Virus record (IMG/VR): IMGVR_UViG_3300045988_166613
Coordinates: 64,001-128,000 of that record
Origin: a virus
Length of the DNA: 64,000 bases
Direction: 5' to 3' (one strand)
A model generated the notes under the pieces. It made no database searches and had not been told where the DNA came from. It saw nothing but the letters and a program-made list of their open reading frames with translations. Below are positions 43,675 through 52,044 of this stretch, in pieces (position 1 is the first letter of the stretch; each line of letters starts with the position of its first letter). Position numbers and translations under genes: made by a program.

Positions 43675-44331
43675 ATGAAAGTAGAAATATTAAAAGTTAG
43701 TGGAATCAACGAAGCGTTATTTGGCATGAGAAACCCACTTAATAGCTGGGGTTTAAGTGATACAAAAGATGATATAATAGGTGAAAAAGATTTAAAGCTA
43801 GCTCAAAGATTAATAGATGGTGGAACAGAACATTGTAAATTTATGAGACAAATTCAAGTGTGGTTAAATATAACTGCACCGAGATATTGGTGGTCAGAGT
43901 TTGATACATATAAAATAGGAACGAGCGCTAATAGTACAAGCACAATGCATAAATTATTTGATAAGAAAACCGAAATAAAAGTTAATATGTTTGAAGTACA
44001 TAGTGATTTTGAGAGGAAAATAATAAATGAATTAATTAAAGAGTTAAATGTATTAAGAGATAGTTATTTTAAAGCAACAACTCAACAAGAAAAGGATTTA
44101 ATATTGGTTACAGCTAAGAGAATACTTTCAGAAAGTTATTTAAATCTTAGAACAGTAAATTTAAACTATGCAGTATTAAGAAATATCATAATTCAAAGAA
44201 AGAATCATAGGTTAAAATATGAGTGGCAAGAATGTTTTTGTAGAGAAATAACTAAGCTGCCTTATGCTAAACAACTTATATTCTATGGTATAGAAGAAGA
44301 TTATGAGAGATTAAAAGGAGAAAATAACTAA
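43675..44331 (+). CDS. Divergent ThyX (Thy1)-like protein lacking the canonical RHR...S..R signature
   Basis: GGTEHCKFMRQIQVWLNITAPRYWWSEFDTYKIGTSANSTSTMHKL aligns by eye to the ThyX core (..H.s..F.I.giSR....qlvRHRi.S.sqqSqRY), with TYK and NSTSTMH at the catalytic positions. Confidence 0.4.
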   Translation: MKVEILKVSGINEALFGMRNPLNSWGLSDTKDDIIGEKDLKLAQRLIDGGTEHCKFMRQIQVWLNITAPRYWWSEFDTYKIGTSANSTSTMHKLFDKKTEIKVNMFEVHSDFERKIINELIKELNVLRDSYFKATTQQEKDLILVTAKRILSESYLNLRTVNLNYAVLRNIIIQRKNHRLKYEWQECFCREITKLPYAKQLIFYGIEEDYERLKGENN

Positions 44332-45188
44332 TGATAATAGATTGTAAAAAGATAAGAGAAGAAATAAAACAAGAATTGAAGAAAAAGGATTTAAGCAAGA
44401 TAAAAGGAGTTTTTATTCAGATAGGAGATAATCAAGCTAGTAACTTATATGTTAATAACAAATGTAAGTTATGCAAGGAATTAGGAATAGATTATGAATA
44501 TATTAAACTAGATGAGAATATATCTGAAGAGGAATTATTAAATATAATAGATATGTTAAACAAAACTAAATGTGTAACGGGGATAATGGTACAATTGCCA
44601 TTACCAAAGCATATAAGTGAGGAAAAAGTTATAAATGCTATAGATCCTAATAAAGATATAGATGGATTTACTAATGTGAACAAAGGTAAATTAATGATAG
44701 GAGATGAAACTGGAATTATTCCATGCACTCCGCAAGGAATAATAACAACCTTAGAACATGAAAATATAGATGTTGAAGGTAAAAATGTAGTTATAGTAGG
44801 AAGAAGTAATATAGTAGGTAAACCACTAGCACAATTATTAATAAATAAAGGGGCTACGGTAACCGTTTGTAACAGTAAAACTGATAGAGAAGTATTAAAA
44901 CAACAAATCATTCTTTCTGATATATTTATCAGTGCTATAGGACAACCTAATTACTTTAATAAAAGCTTTTTCATGGAAAATGATAATAATTTTTATCCAG
45001 AATTTTTAGAAAATATAATAGCAATAGATGTGGGAATAAATAGAGATAAGAATAATAAGTTATGTGGGGATATTTCAAAAGATATTTATGATTATTTTGA
45101 TAGTGTAACGCCAGTTCCTGGAGGCGTTGGTGTAATGACTGTCTTAGAGCTTGTAAGAAATCTAATAAAGTGTGGTGAGAATAATTAA
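44331..45188 (+). CDS. folD: Bifunctional methylene-THF dehydrogenase/methenyl-THF cyclohydrolase (FolD)
   Basis: ..IQIGDNQASNLYVNNK.., VQLPLPKHI.., IDPNKDIDGF, VVIVGRSNIVGKPLAQLL, PVPGGVGVMTV. Confidence 0.85.
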   Translation: MIIDCKKIREEIKQELKKKDLSKIKGVFIQIGDNQASNLYVNNKCKLCKELGIDYEYIKLDENISEEELLNIIDMLNKTKCVTGIMVQLPLPKHISEEKVINAIDPNKDIDGFTNVNKGKLMIGDETGIIPCTPQGIITTLEHENIDVEGKNVVIVGRSNIVGKPLAQLLINKGATVTVCNSKTDREVLKQQIILSDIFISAIGQPNYFNKSFFMENDNNFYPEFLENIIAIDVGINRDKNNKLCGDISKDIYDYFDSVTPVPGGVGVMTVLELVRNLIKCGENN

Positions 45189-45483
45189 TACAAATGAAAT
45201 TAAAGAGCTTAGAGGGGTATTCCCTCATGAGCTTAATAAAAATAAATTAAAGAATTACTTATACTTACACAGTGATGATGTTAAAGAAGGTTTTATAAAT
45301 GAAACTTTAGTTTGGTATAAGAATAATACTTATAATAGAGAGATTTTCAAAGAGGATAAGGTAGAAAGAGAAGATATAATTACTAAAGTTAAACTTAAAG
45401 GAAGAGAGTTTGAAAAAGAGATTATACATAAGATAAAAACTGGAATAATAAAAGATTGGTATCAACTAGCATTAGTTTTATAA
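45172..45483 (+). CDS. Doubtful ORF (no ATG anywhere, GTG start, no RBS); 5' third looks like an intergenic cassette
   Basis: Contains hairpin gaggg/ccctc (45211-45225 region) and a class II box at 45237. Confidence 0.3.
   Translation: MVRIINTNEIKELRGVFPHELNKNKLKNYLYLHSDDVKEGFINETLVWYKNNTYNREIFKEDKVEREDIITKVKLKGREFEKEIIHKIKTGIIKDWYQLALVL
45237..45257 (+). promoter_or_regulatory. AT-rich box, class II
   Basis: taaaaataaattaaagaatta. Confidence 0.4.
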
Positions 45484-45503
45484 AATTTATTTAATGGATA
45501 TAG

Positions 45504-45532
45504 TTGCAAATAAAACGGAAAATAGGTATAAT
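45504..45532 (+). promoter_or_regulatory. Sigma-A-type promoter without AT-rich box
   Basis: TTGCAA(45504)-17 bp-TATAAT(45527). Confidence 0.65.
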
Positions 45533-45538
45533 CAAATA

Positions 45539-45552
45539 AGAACATATGTTCG
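45539..45552. promoter_or_regulatory. SOS (LexA/Cheo) box
   Basis: AGAACATATGTTCG, 13/14 to the Gram-positive consensus CGAACATATGTTCG, 7 nt downstream of the -10. Confidence 0.7.
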
Positions 45553-45726
45553 CACTTAAAGGTATATAATTTCATAGTGCCTCTGTAATTATATTAATAT
45601 TAGATTACCTATACAAGGTTATAAGTAACTTAAAATTAGTATTAAGTAATTTATTTTTAGAAAATGGTAATTTAATATTGAAATTAGTAAATATATGTAG
45701 TATATTAAATATGAGGAGGAGATATT

Positions 45727-46551
45727 ATGAAATATGAAAGCAAACCGAAGCCAAACAGTCAAGGATTAAGTATGAAAACATCCAAACCAGCTATGTATTG
45801 CATAGATTCCGTAGCAGAGGGAGCTAATAGAATAGGAGTTTCCATAGGAGAAAATTTCAATTGTACTAAAGCTTCAATAATTAGAGATATGATTGAGGCA
45901 GCGATAATATCTAATGCTAATATATTAACCATAGAAGATAGAACTTTTTCTATAAGAGAACTTATAGAGATTGAAAACCCAGATATGAACAATATAACAA
46001 ACATTATGGATATTGTATTGGATAGTAAAAAGGATTATATAGAAATAAAAGAAAATTTCAAAAATTTTATATTAAAAACAACTTATGAAATTTTTTATGA
46101 GATGAAAGAAGATATAAAAGATGAATTGGAACTAAATAAAGAAGACATTGAAAATTATGATTCAATTATTAATGATTTTAATTTCATAATTGAATCTTAT
46201 AGAAGCACTAGAGAGAAAAGAGAATTTGAGGAGATCTATTTAAAAGACTTCACGGAATCTGTAGACGAGGTCATTTGTAGAATTGATGATTTAGAAGATT
46301 TTGTGTCTGAAAATGATTTGCTTTGTGATGATTTTGAAAAAAGATTTAAAGACAAGATTAAATCCTTACCAAGATATAATCAAATTAAACCATTATATTT
46401 TTATGATAAATTTAGATATAAAAACATAACTACACAACTAAAATATACTGTAAAGTTGTGGTACAGATACTTACATTTTTATTCTGTTGGAAGAAATGAA
46501 GAACTTACTTATGGTGATTTTGAAGAACAAATATTTAATTTTATAAAATAA
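45727..46551 (+). CDS. Hypothetical protein (274 aa), possible N-terminal ribbon-helix-helix; candidate SOS-controlled gene
   Basis: GAGGAGGAG RBS; ..IGVSIGENFNCTKASIIRDMIEAAI.. is RHH-like by eye. Confidence 0.55.
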   Translation: MKYESKPKPNSQGLSMKTSKPAMYCIDSVAEGANRIGVSIGENFNCTKASIIRDMIEAAIISNANILTIEDRTFSIRELIEIENPDMNNITNIMDIVLDSKKDYIEIKENFKNFILKTTYEIFYEMKEDIKDELELNKEDIENYDSIINDFNFIIESYRSTREKREFEEIYLKDFTESVDEVICRIDDLEDFVSENDLLCDDFEKRFKDKIKSLPRYNQIKPLYFYDKFRYKNITTQLKYTVKLWYRYLHFYSVGRNEELTYGDFEEQIFNFIK

Positions 46552-46560
46552 TTATTATAA

Positions 46561-46585
46561 AAGGGAGTATCTCTTTTACTCCCTT
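46561..46585 (+). terminator. Hairpin terminator
   Basis: aagggagta / tactccctt. Confidence 0.55.
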
Positions 46586-46613
46586 AATTATAAAGTGGGA
46601 GAGGGAGATACAT

Positions 46614-46916
46614 ATGACAAACTTAAATTTTAAAATTTACGATGAGATATTTATAGATCCAGAGGAATTCTTTAGTAAGACTAAAAATAAAGAACTTAAT
46701 TTAGAAAGATTTATCTATGATAATGAATCTGTTTATCTAAAACAAAGCATGAACGGATATGATTTTAGATGTTTATTAAGTGGAATTATGGAAGATGTTG
46801 AAGCTGAGAAAGAATACATAGTAATAGCTAAAGTGAATGATGGAATTATGATAAGACATAAGGTTAGAGATGAGTTTGAGGATGAGTTTATTAATGAGTG
46901 GTTCTTAAAGTGTTAA
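46614..46916 (+). CDS. Hypothetical protein (100 aa)
   Basis: GGGAGAGGGAG RBS. Confidence 0.55.
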   Translation: MTNLNFKIYDEIFIDPEEFFSKTKNKELNLERFIYDNESVYLKQSMNGYDFRCLLSGIMEDVEAEKEYIVIAKVNDGIMIRHKVRDEFEDEFINEWFLKC

Positions 46917-46923
46917 TAGATAG

Positions 46924-46985
46924 TAAGTAATTGGTTTCAGTTTAAATAATTATTTGGTTAATATTAAACTAAAGCTAATTACTTA
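46924..46985 (+). other. 22-bp-stem RNA hairpin
   Basis: taagtaattggtttcagtttaa / ttaaactaaagctaattactta; 1 mismatch and 2 G-U pairs that only work on the + strand. Confidence 0.6.
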
Positions 46986-47010
46986 TAAATAAATAGTAAT
47001 CTTATAATAA

Positions 47011-47298
47011 ATGAAAGAAGTGATAATACATATGGTAAAATTAAATGAAAAATCAAGAAAAGAATTATGGGAAGATATGAACAATATTGAGTTCAGAATA
47101 AACAGTTTAAAGAGTATTTTTCAAAATGAAATACCAATAGAAAAACAAATGTTGAATGATTTTATAAGTGAAAAAGAAGATATAATAGATAGATTAAAAG
47201 AGATAGAATATAAATTTAAAACACAAATTAAAGCTGAAGAATTATATCAAAAGATAATTAAAGATTTAAAAATTGGAAAAGAAGTGGTTAGAAGATAA
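47011..47298 (+). CDS. Hypothetical coiled-coil protein (95 aa; start may be ATG 47032)
   Basis: ORF in the gene train. Confidence 0.45.
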   Translation: MKEVIIHMVKLNEKSRKELWEDMNNIEFRINSLKSIFQNEIPIEKQMLNDFISEKEDIIDRLKEIEYKFKTQIKAEELYQKIIKDLKIGKEVVRR

Positions 47299-47322
47299 AA
47301 GAGTGAAATATATTTGTAATAA

Positions 47323-47685
47323 ATGAAAGGAATGAAGCCGTTGGATAATAAAAATATTTGGACAGTAGAAGATTTTGTAAAAAATATTTATATTAGAAAA
47401 GGTGTAGATAATTTAAATTTTGGAACACTAGCAAGTCGATTAAAAATCAATATGGAAGACATCATTTATATTTGTTCTATATTAGAAAAGAAAGGCAAAA
47501 TCAATTATCAATATGATGTCAGAGATAATCAAAAGAAGTTATTACATAAAGATGAAAGTTTAAGAGATGCAATATTTAAAGCTAAAGAATTGTTAGGGGA
47601 AAGAGAGAATTTTCTTGATAATGTGTATATATCAATTAAACTTACAAAAGAATATAAAAACTTCTTAGATGATATGAAGAAATAA
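47323..47685 (+). CDS. Hypothetical protein, possible winged-helix (120 aa)
   Basis: ..FGTLASRLKINMEDIIYICSILEKKGKI.. Confidence 0.45.
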   Translation: MKGMKPLDNKNIWTVEDFVKNIYIRKGVDNLNFGTLASRLKINMEDIIYICSILEKKGKINYQYDVRDNQKKLLHKDESLRDAIFKAKELLGERENFLDNVYISIKLTKEYKNFLDDMKK

Positions 47686-47700
47686 ACAATAAATTGGAAA

Positions 47701-47724
47701 TTTTAAATAAATCAAATAATTAAT
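47701..47724 (+). promoter_or_regulatory. AT-rich box, class II variant
   Basis: ttttaaataaatcaaataattaat. Confidence 0.45.
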
Positions 47725-47742
47725 ACATAAGGAGAGATTATA

Positions 47743-47925
47743 ATGGAATATAAAGCAATATGTATCAAGGGAACTAGAGAAAAGATACTTCTTACAAAAA
47801 ATAAAATTTACAATATCAAAATACAAGACGATGATTTAAAATGGTGTTTTGTAATATGTAATGATGGAGTCGAAAGAGGGTTTTTACAAAATAGGTTTAA
47901 AATAGTAGGTGAAGATAATGATTAG
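47743..47925 (+). CDS. Hypothetical protein (60 aa)
   Basis: AAGGAGAG RBS. Confidence 0.5.
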   Translation: MEYKAICIKGTREKILLTKNKIYNIKIQDDDLKWCFVICNDGVERGFLQNRFKIVGEDND

Positions 47926-48178
47926 TAAGAAATATTGGAATAGTAGTAATTTAAGTAATAGTACAACCGAAGAATTTAAATATTTAGATAGAATAGATAG
48001 CTTAGAATATGAGATTTCAGAAGCAAAAGATAATTTAAGTAGAATAAATATGTATGAATATTACAATATAAAAAATAATAAAGAAAGAATTGAAATAGAT
48101 TTTAGTGAAATACAAAATAAACTTGAAGAAGTTTCTAAATTAATCAAGGTCAAATTAAAAGAAATAAAACAAAGATAG
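47909..48178 (+). CDS. Hypothetical protein (89 aa)
   Basis: TAGGTGAAG upstream; overlaps the previous stop. Confidence 0.5.
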   Translation: MKIMISKKYWNSSNLSNSTTEEFKYLDRIDSLEYEISEAKDNLSRINMYEYYNIKNNKERIEIDFSEIQNKLEEVSKLIKVKLKEIKQR

Positions 48179-48186
48179 GAGTATGA

Positions 48187-48429
48187 ATGAATAGAGTATA
48201 TACAGGGATAAAAGATTGTAATGGAAAACCAATATATAGTGATGATAAAGTTAAATATACATATTTAAGATGTGGCAAAGTCAGTTTTGAAAATATTTGT
48301 AGTGTTGAATGGGGATATGATGATGTAGAACAAAAAGAAGGATGGATGATTGGAGGAGATTTATTAAGTACAATAGGTGAATATGACACAAAGAAAAGTA
48401 AAGAGATAGTAGAAGTTATAATAAATTAA
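48187..48429 (+). CDS. YopX-like small phage protein
   Basis: YTGIKDCNGKPIYSDDKV.. resembles the YopX N-terminal pattern. Confidence 0.35.
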   Translation: MNRVYTGIKDCNGKPIYSDDKVKYTYLRCGKVSFENICSVEWGYDDVEQKEGWMIGGDLLSTIGEYDTKKSKEIVEVIIN

Positions 48430-48459
48430 AGGATTAATTAAAAAGATAGGAGAAATAAA

Positions 48460-49041
48460 ATGTATAATAAAATTTATTTTAAATATGGAACAATGTTTAG
48501 TGGTAAAAGTTTAAACTTAATTTCTACTGCAAAAACCTATAAATTTAATGGTAATAATGTTTTTATTATAAAAGCAAAGCAAGATAGTAGAGATTGTGGA
48601 ATTATAAAGTCGAGAATGTCCAATGAAGAGTTGAAGTGTTACATAGTTGATAAGGATATGGATGATCTTAGTTTAATATTTAAAGATAAGTCAAATTTAG
48701 ACTTAGACATAATTTTAATTGATGAAGTTCAATTTTTAACAGTAAAACAAATAGAATCTTTAGTTAAATTATCTGAAATAGCACCTATAATTTGCTATGG
48801 ATTAAAAAGTAGTTACACAGGGGATTTATTCCCTTCCATAGCAAAACTATTATCTATTGCAGAGGATATTCAAGAAATCAAAACTACTTGTGGATATTGT
48901 AATAAGAAAGCTACACATAATTTATTATTAAGAAATGGAAAACCAGTTCATAACGGTGATATGGTAAACGTAGAAGGTAGCAATGTTAATGAAGAATATC
49001 AGCAAGTATGTAGATACCATTTTTATAATTTAGGTAAATAA
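48460..49041 (+). CDS. tdk: Thymidine kinase (TK1 type)
   Basis: P-loop YGTMFSGKS, IDEVQF, Zn ligands CGYCNKKA..VCRYH. Confidence 0.9.
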   Translation: MYNKIYFKYGTMFSGKSLNLISTAKTYKFNGNNVFIIKAKQDSRDCGIIKSRMSNEELKCYIVDKDMDDLSLIFKDKSNLDLDIILIDEVQFLTVKQIESLVKLSEIAPIICYGLKSSYTGDLFPSIAKLLSIAEDIQEIKTTCGYCNKKATHNLLLRNGKPVHNGDMVNVEGSNVNEEYQQVCRYHFYNLGK

Positions 49042-49054
49042 GAGGTGATTTCTT

Positions 49055-49258
49055 ATGAAGAGAAAATTAAAAGAAGATTTAATATCAACTGGTAAATTTA
49101 GCATTATGTTGTTATCTGGTATATTTGCAATCATATTAATGTATTTAGTTAAAGATTGGACTATAAATAATAATTCTATTTGGAGTGGTATTATTGCATG
49201 TGTAACAATAGTCGGATTGAATGTAGGATTGTTTATATTAGGTAAAATATTGGAATAA
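49055..49258 (+). CDS. Small 2-TM membrane protein
   Basis: FSIMLLSGIFAIILMYLV and IWSGIIACVTIVGLNVGLFILG. Confidence 0.55.
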   Translation: MKRKLKEDLISTGKFSIMLLSGIFAIILMYLVKDWTINNNSIWSGIIACVTIVGLNVGLFILGKILE

Positions 49259-49261
49259 GAG

Positions 49262-49501
49262 GTGGTTATTATAGATAGAATAGCAAGAATTAAAAATGAT
49301 ATTAAAAAGGCAATGAGAAGTTTATGTGAATGGGTAGGATTATTTTTCTTTGTTAGTATAGGAGTAGATTTTGTTTTATGGCTTAACCAATTTGAAGTCT
49401 ATAAGAGTAATTCTATATTAAAAATAATAATAGCTGTAGCGTTATGGATACATATAAATAAGGAGGAAAAAAGAATAAATGAGTACATATGTTATGAGTG
49501 A
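49262..49501 (+). CDS. Small 2-TM membrane protein (start uncertain)
   Basis: WVGLFFFVSIGVDFVLWL, ILKIIIAVALWIHI. Confidence 0.45.
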   Translation: MVIIDRIARIKNDIKKAMRSLCEWVGLFFFVSIGVDFVLWLNQFEVYKSNSILKIIIAVALWIHINKEEKRINEYICYE

Positions 49502-50147
49502 TATTCATGGGAATTATACTAAGTTTTTAAAGATGTTAAAACTTATTGATTTTCAAAATGATGATGAATTATATATTTTAGGAGATATATTTGATAGAGG
49601 TAAACAACCATTTAATATATTGGGGTATATATTAAAACATAAAAATATACATCTATTACAAGGAAATCATGAAGGATTTTTAATAGACTATGTGGATGGG
49701 TTTGAAGATGGGTATAGTTGGCATTGTAATGGAGGATTTAAAACCTATACACAATTCAATATGAAAACTCCAAAGCAACAACAATTTATTTATCAATATC
49801 TAAAAAGCAGACCTAAATATGTAATATTAGAAGATAAATATATATTATCTCATGCTGGAATTTATATTCCTCCTAATGGTGATAGTTATGAATTAGAAAC
49901 ATTGGTTGATGTATTAGGTGATAATTTTTTATGGCATAGATACACAATAGGTAAAGAAAAATCTTATAGACATTATATTCAAATATGCGGTCATAATAGG
50001 GTTCAATCTATAGAAGAAGGTAGAAATACTATATTGCATAGAAAGGGGACAATTTATATAGATTGTGGAATAGATGTTAAAGGTGGACAACTTGGTTGTT
50101 TAAGATTAGATGAAGATTTAACTGAGTATTATGTTTGGGAGGAATAA
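49479..50147 (+). CDS. Metallophosphoesterase (lambda-type Ser/Thr phosphatase / ApaH-like)
   Basis: MSDIHGN, LGDIFDRG, GNHE motifs. Confidence 0.8.
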   Translation: MSTYVMSDIHGNYTKFLKMLKLIDFQNDDELYILGDIFDRGKQPFNILGYILKHKNIHLLQGNHEGFLIDYVDGFEDGYSWHCNGGFKTYTQFNMKTPKQQQFIYQYLKSRPKYVILEDKYILSHAGIYIPPNGDSYELETLVDVLGDNFLWHRYTIGKEKSYRHYIQICGHNRVQSIEEGRNTILHRKGTIYIDCGIDVKGGQLGCLRLDEDLTEYYVWEE

Positions 50148-50150
50148 TAA

Positions 50151-52043
50151 ATGGTAGAAATGAAACAGCAATATGATGAATCAAATATAGAGATATTAGA
50201 AGGATTAGATCCGGTAAGAAAAAGACCAGGAATGTATATAGGTTCTACTGATACTAGAGGTTTACATCATTGTGTTTATGAAATTGTTGATAATAGTATT
50301 GATGAGGCTTTAACAGGGAATTGTAGTTTAATATATGTATCAATTAATGAAGATAATTCAATAACAGTTAAAGATAATGGGAGAGGAATTCCATGTGGTA
50401 TCCATCCTAAAAAGAATAAATCAACATTAGAAGTAATACTTACGGTTCTACATGCTGGAGGTAAATTTAATGGTAAAGGATATAAGGTATCTGGTGGTTT
50501 ACATGGTGTAGGTTCTTCAGTAGTTAATGCTTTATCTAAACACATGATAGCAACAGTACATAGAGACGGGAATATATATAGACAAGAATATAAATGTGGT
50601 AAACCTATAACAAGCGTTGATATTATAGGTAATTGTGAAGATACAGGAACAGAAATTACTTTTTTACCTGATGATACAATATTTGAAACTACTATTTTTA
50701 ACTATAATACTTTAATGAATAGATTTAGAGAAAGTGCATTTTTAAATAAATCTATATCTATAACATTAGAAGATAAAAGAAAGGGTAGAGAACAATTAAA
50801 GGAATTCCATTTTGAAGGTGGTTTAAAAGAATTTATAGAATATGTGGATAGTGATAAAGAAGTTCTTCATGATGTAATATACATAGAAAAATTTAATAAT
50901 AAGAATAATTTCGGTATAGAATGTGCTTTTCAATATATTAATGATTATGTTAAATCTATATATACCTACGCTAATAACATTAATACAATTGAAGGTGGTA
51001 CACATTTAAGTGGTTTTAAAGAGGGATTTTTAAAAGCAATTAACACTATTGGTAAGGATATGGAGTTAATCAAAAAAGATTTTATAACAAGTGACATGGA
51101 AGAGGGATTGTCATTAGTTGTATCTGTAAAATTACAAGAACCCCAATTTGAAGGACAAACTAAAACCAAGTTAGGAAGTAGTTTTGCTAGAAGCTTAACT
51201 TCCGAAATGGTATCGGATTATTTAGAAATATTCTTCAAAGAGAATGAAGAAACAACAAGGGTTATAGTAGAGAAATTATTACAAACTCAAAAATTTAGAG
51301 AGAATATGAAGAAAAATAAGGATTTAGAAAAGAAAAAACAATCTTTAAATAGAAATAAATTACCAGGTAAACTTGCTGATTGTTCATCAAAAGATCCAAA
51401 GAAATGTGAAATACATATAGTTGAAGGTGATTCTGCTGGTGGTTCTGCAAAACAAGGAAGGGATAGAAAATTCCAAGCTATATTATCTTCAAAGGGTAAA
51501 ATAATAAACTGTGAAAAAACAACATTAAATAGATTATTAGATTCAGAAGAAATTAAAGCATTTATTGCAGCAATAGGTACTGGAATAGGAGAAGATTTTG
51601 ATATTAGTAAATTAAGATATGAAAGAATACATTTACTACAAGATGCAGACAGTGACGGGGTGGGGCATATAAGAGTTTTATGGCTAACGTTTATATATAG
51701 ACATATGAGAGAGTTAATAGAGCAAGGGCATGTTTATTTTGATGTTCCTCCTTTATACAAGAATGTAATAGGAAAAGAAATACACTATACTTATTCAGAA
51801 AATGAACAATTAAAGTTTTTAGATGAACATAAAAAAGTAGGGAATATTCAACGTTTTAAAGGGCTTGGAGAAATGAGTGCCGACCAATTATGGGAAACAA
51901 CTCTAAATCCTGATACAAGAATATTACAACAGGTAACAATAGAAGATGCAATAGAATGTGATAAAATGATAAGTTTATTAATGGGACAAGAAGTAAAACC
52001 TAGAAAAGATTTTATTAAAAAGTTCTTACAGGAGGAAAAATAA
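50151..52043 (+). CDS. Type IIA DNA topoisomerase subunit B (GyrB/ParE-like)
   Basis: GHKL ATPase N-terminus ([24 protein letters not shown]), Toprim [26 protein letters not shown]. Confidence 0.9.
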   Translation: MVEMKQQYDESNIEILEGLDPVRKRPGMYIGSTDTRGLHHCVYEIVDNSIDEALTGNCSLIYVSINEDNSITVKDNGRGIPCGIHPKKNKSTLEVILTVLHAGGKFNGKGYKVSGGLHGVGSSVVNALSKHMIATVHRDGNIYRQEYKCGKPITSVDIIGNCEDTGTEITFLPDDTIFETTIFNYNTLMNRFRESAFLNKSISITLEDKRKGREQLKEFHFEGGLKEFIEYVDSDKEVLHDVIYIEKFNNKNNFGIECAFQYINDYVKSIYTYANNINTIEGGTHLSGFKEGFLKAINTIGKDMELIKKDFITSDMEEGLSLVVSVKLQEPQFEGQTKTKLGSSFARSLTSEMVSDYLEIFFKENEETTRVIVEKLLQTQKFRENMKKNKDLEKKKQSLNRNKLPGKLADCSSKDPKKCEIHIVEGDSAGGSAKQGRDRKFQAILSSKGKIINCEKTTLNRLLDSEEIKAFIAAIGTGIGEDFDISKLRYERIHLLQDADSDGVGHIRVLWLTFIYRHMRELIEQGHVYFDVPPLYKNVIGKEIHYTYSENEQLKFLDEHKKVGNIQRFKGLGEMSADQLWETTLNPDTRILQQVTIEDAIECDKMISLLMGQEVKPRKDFIKKFLQEEK

Positions 52044-52044
52044 T

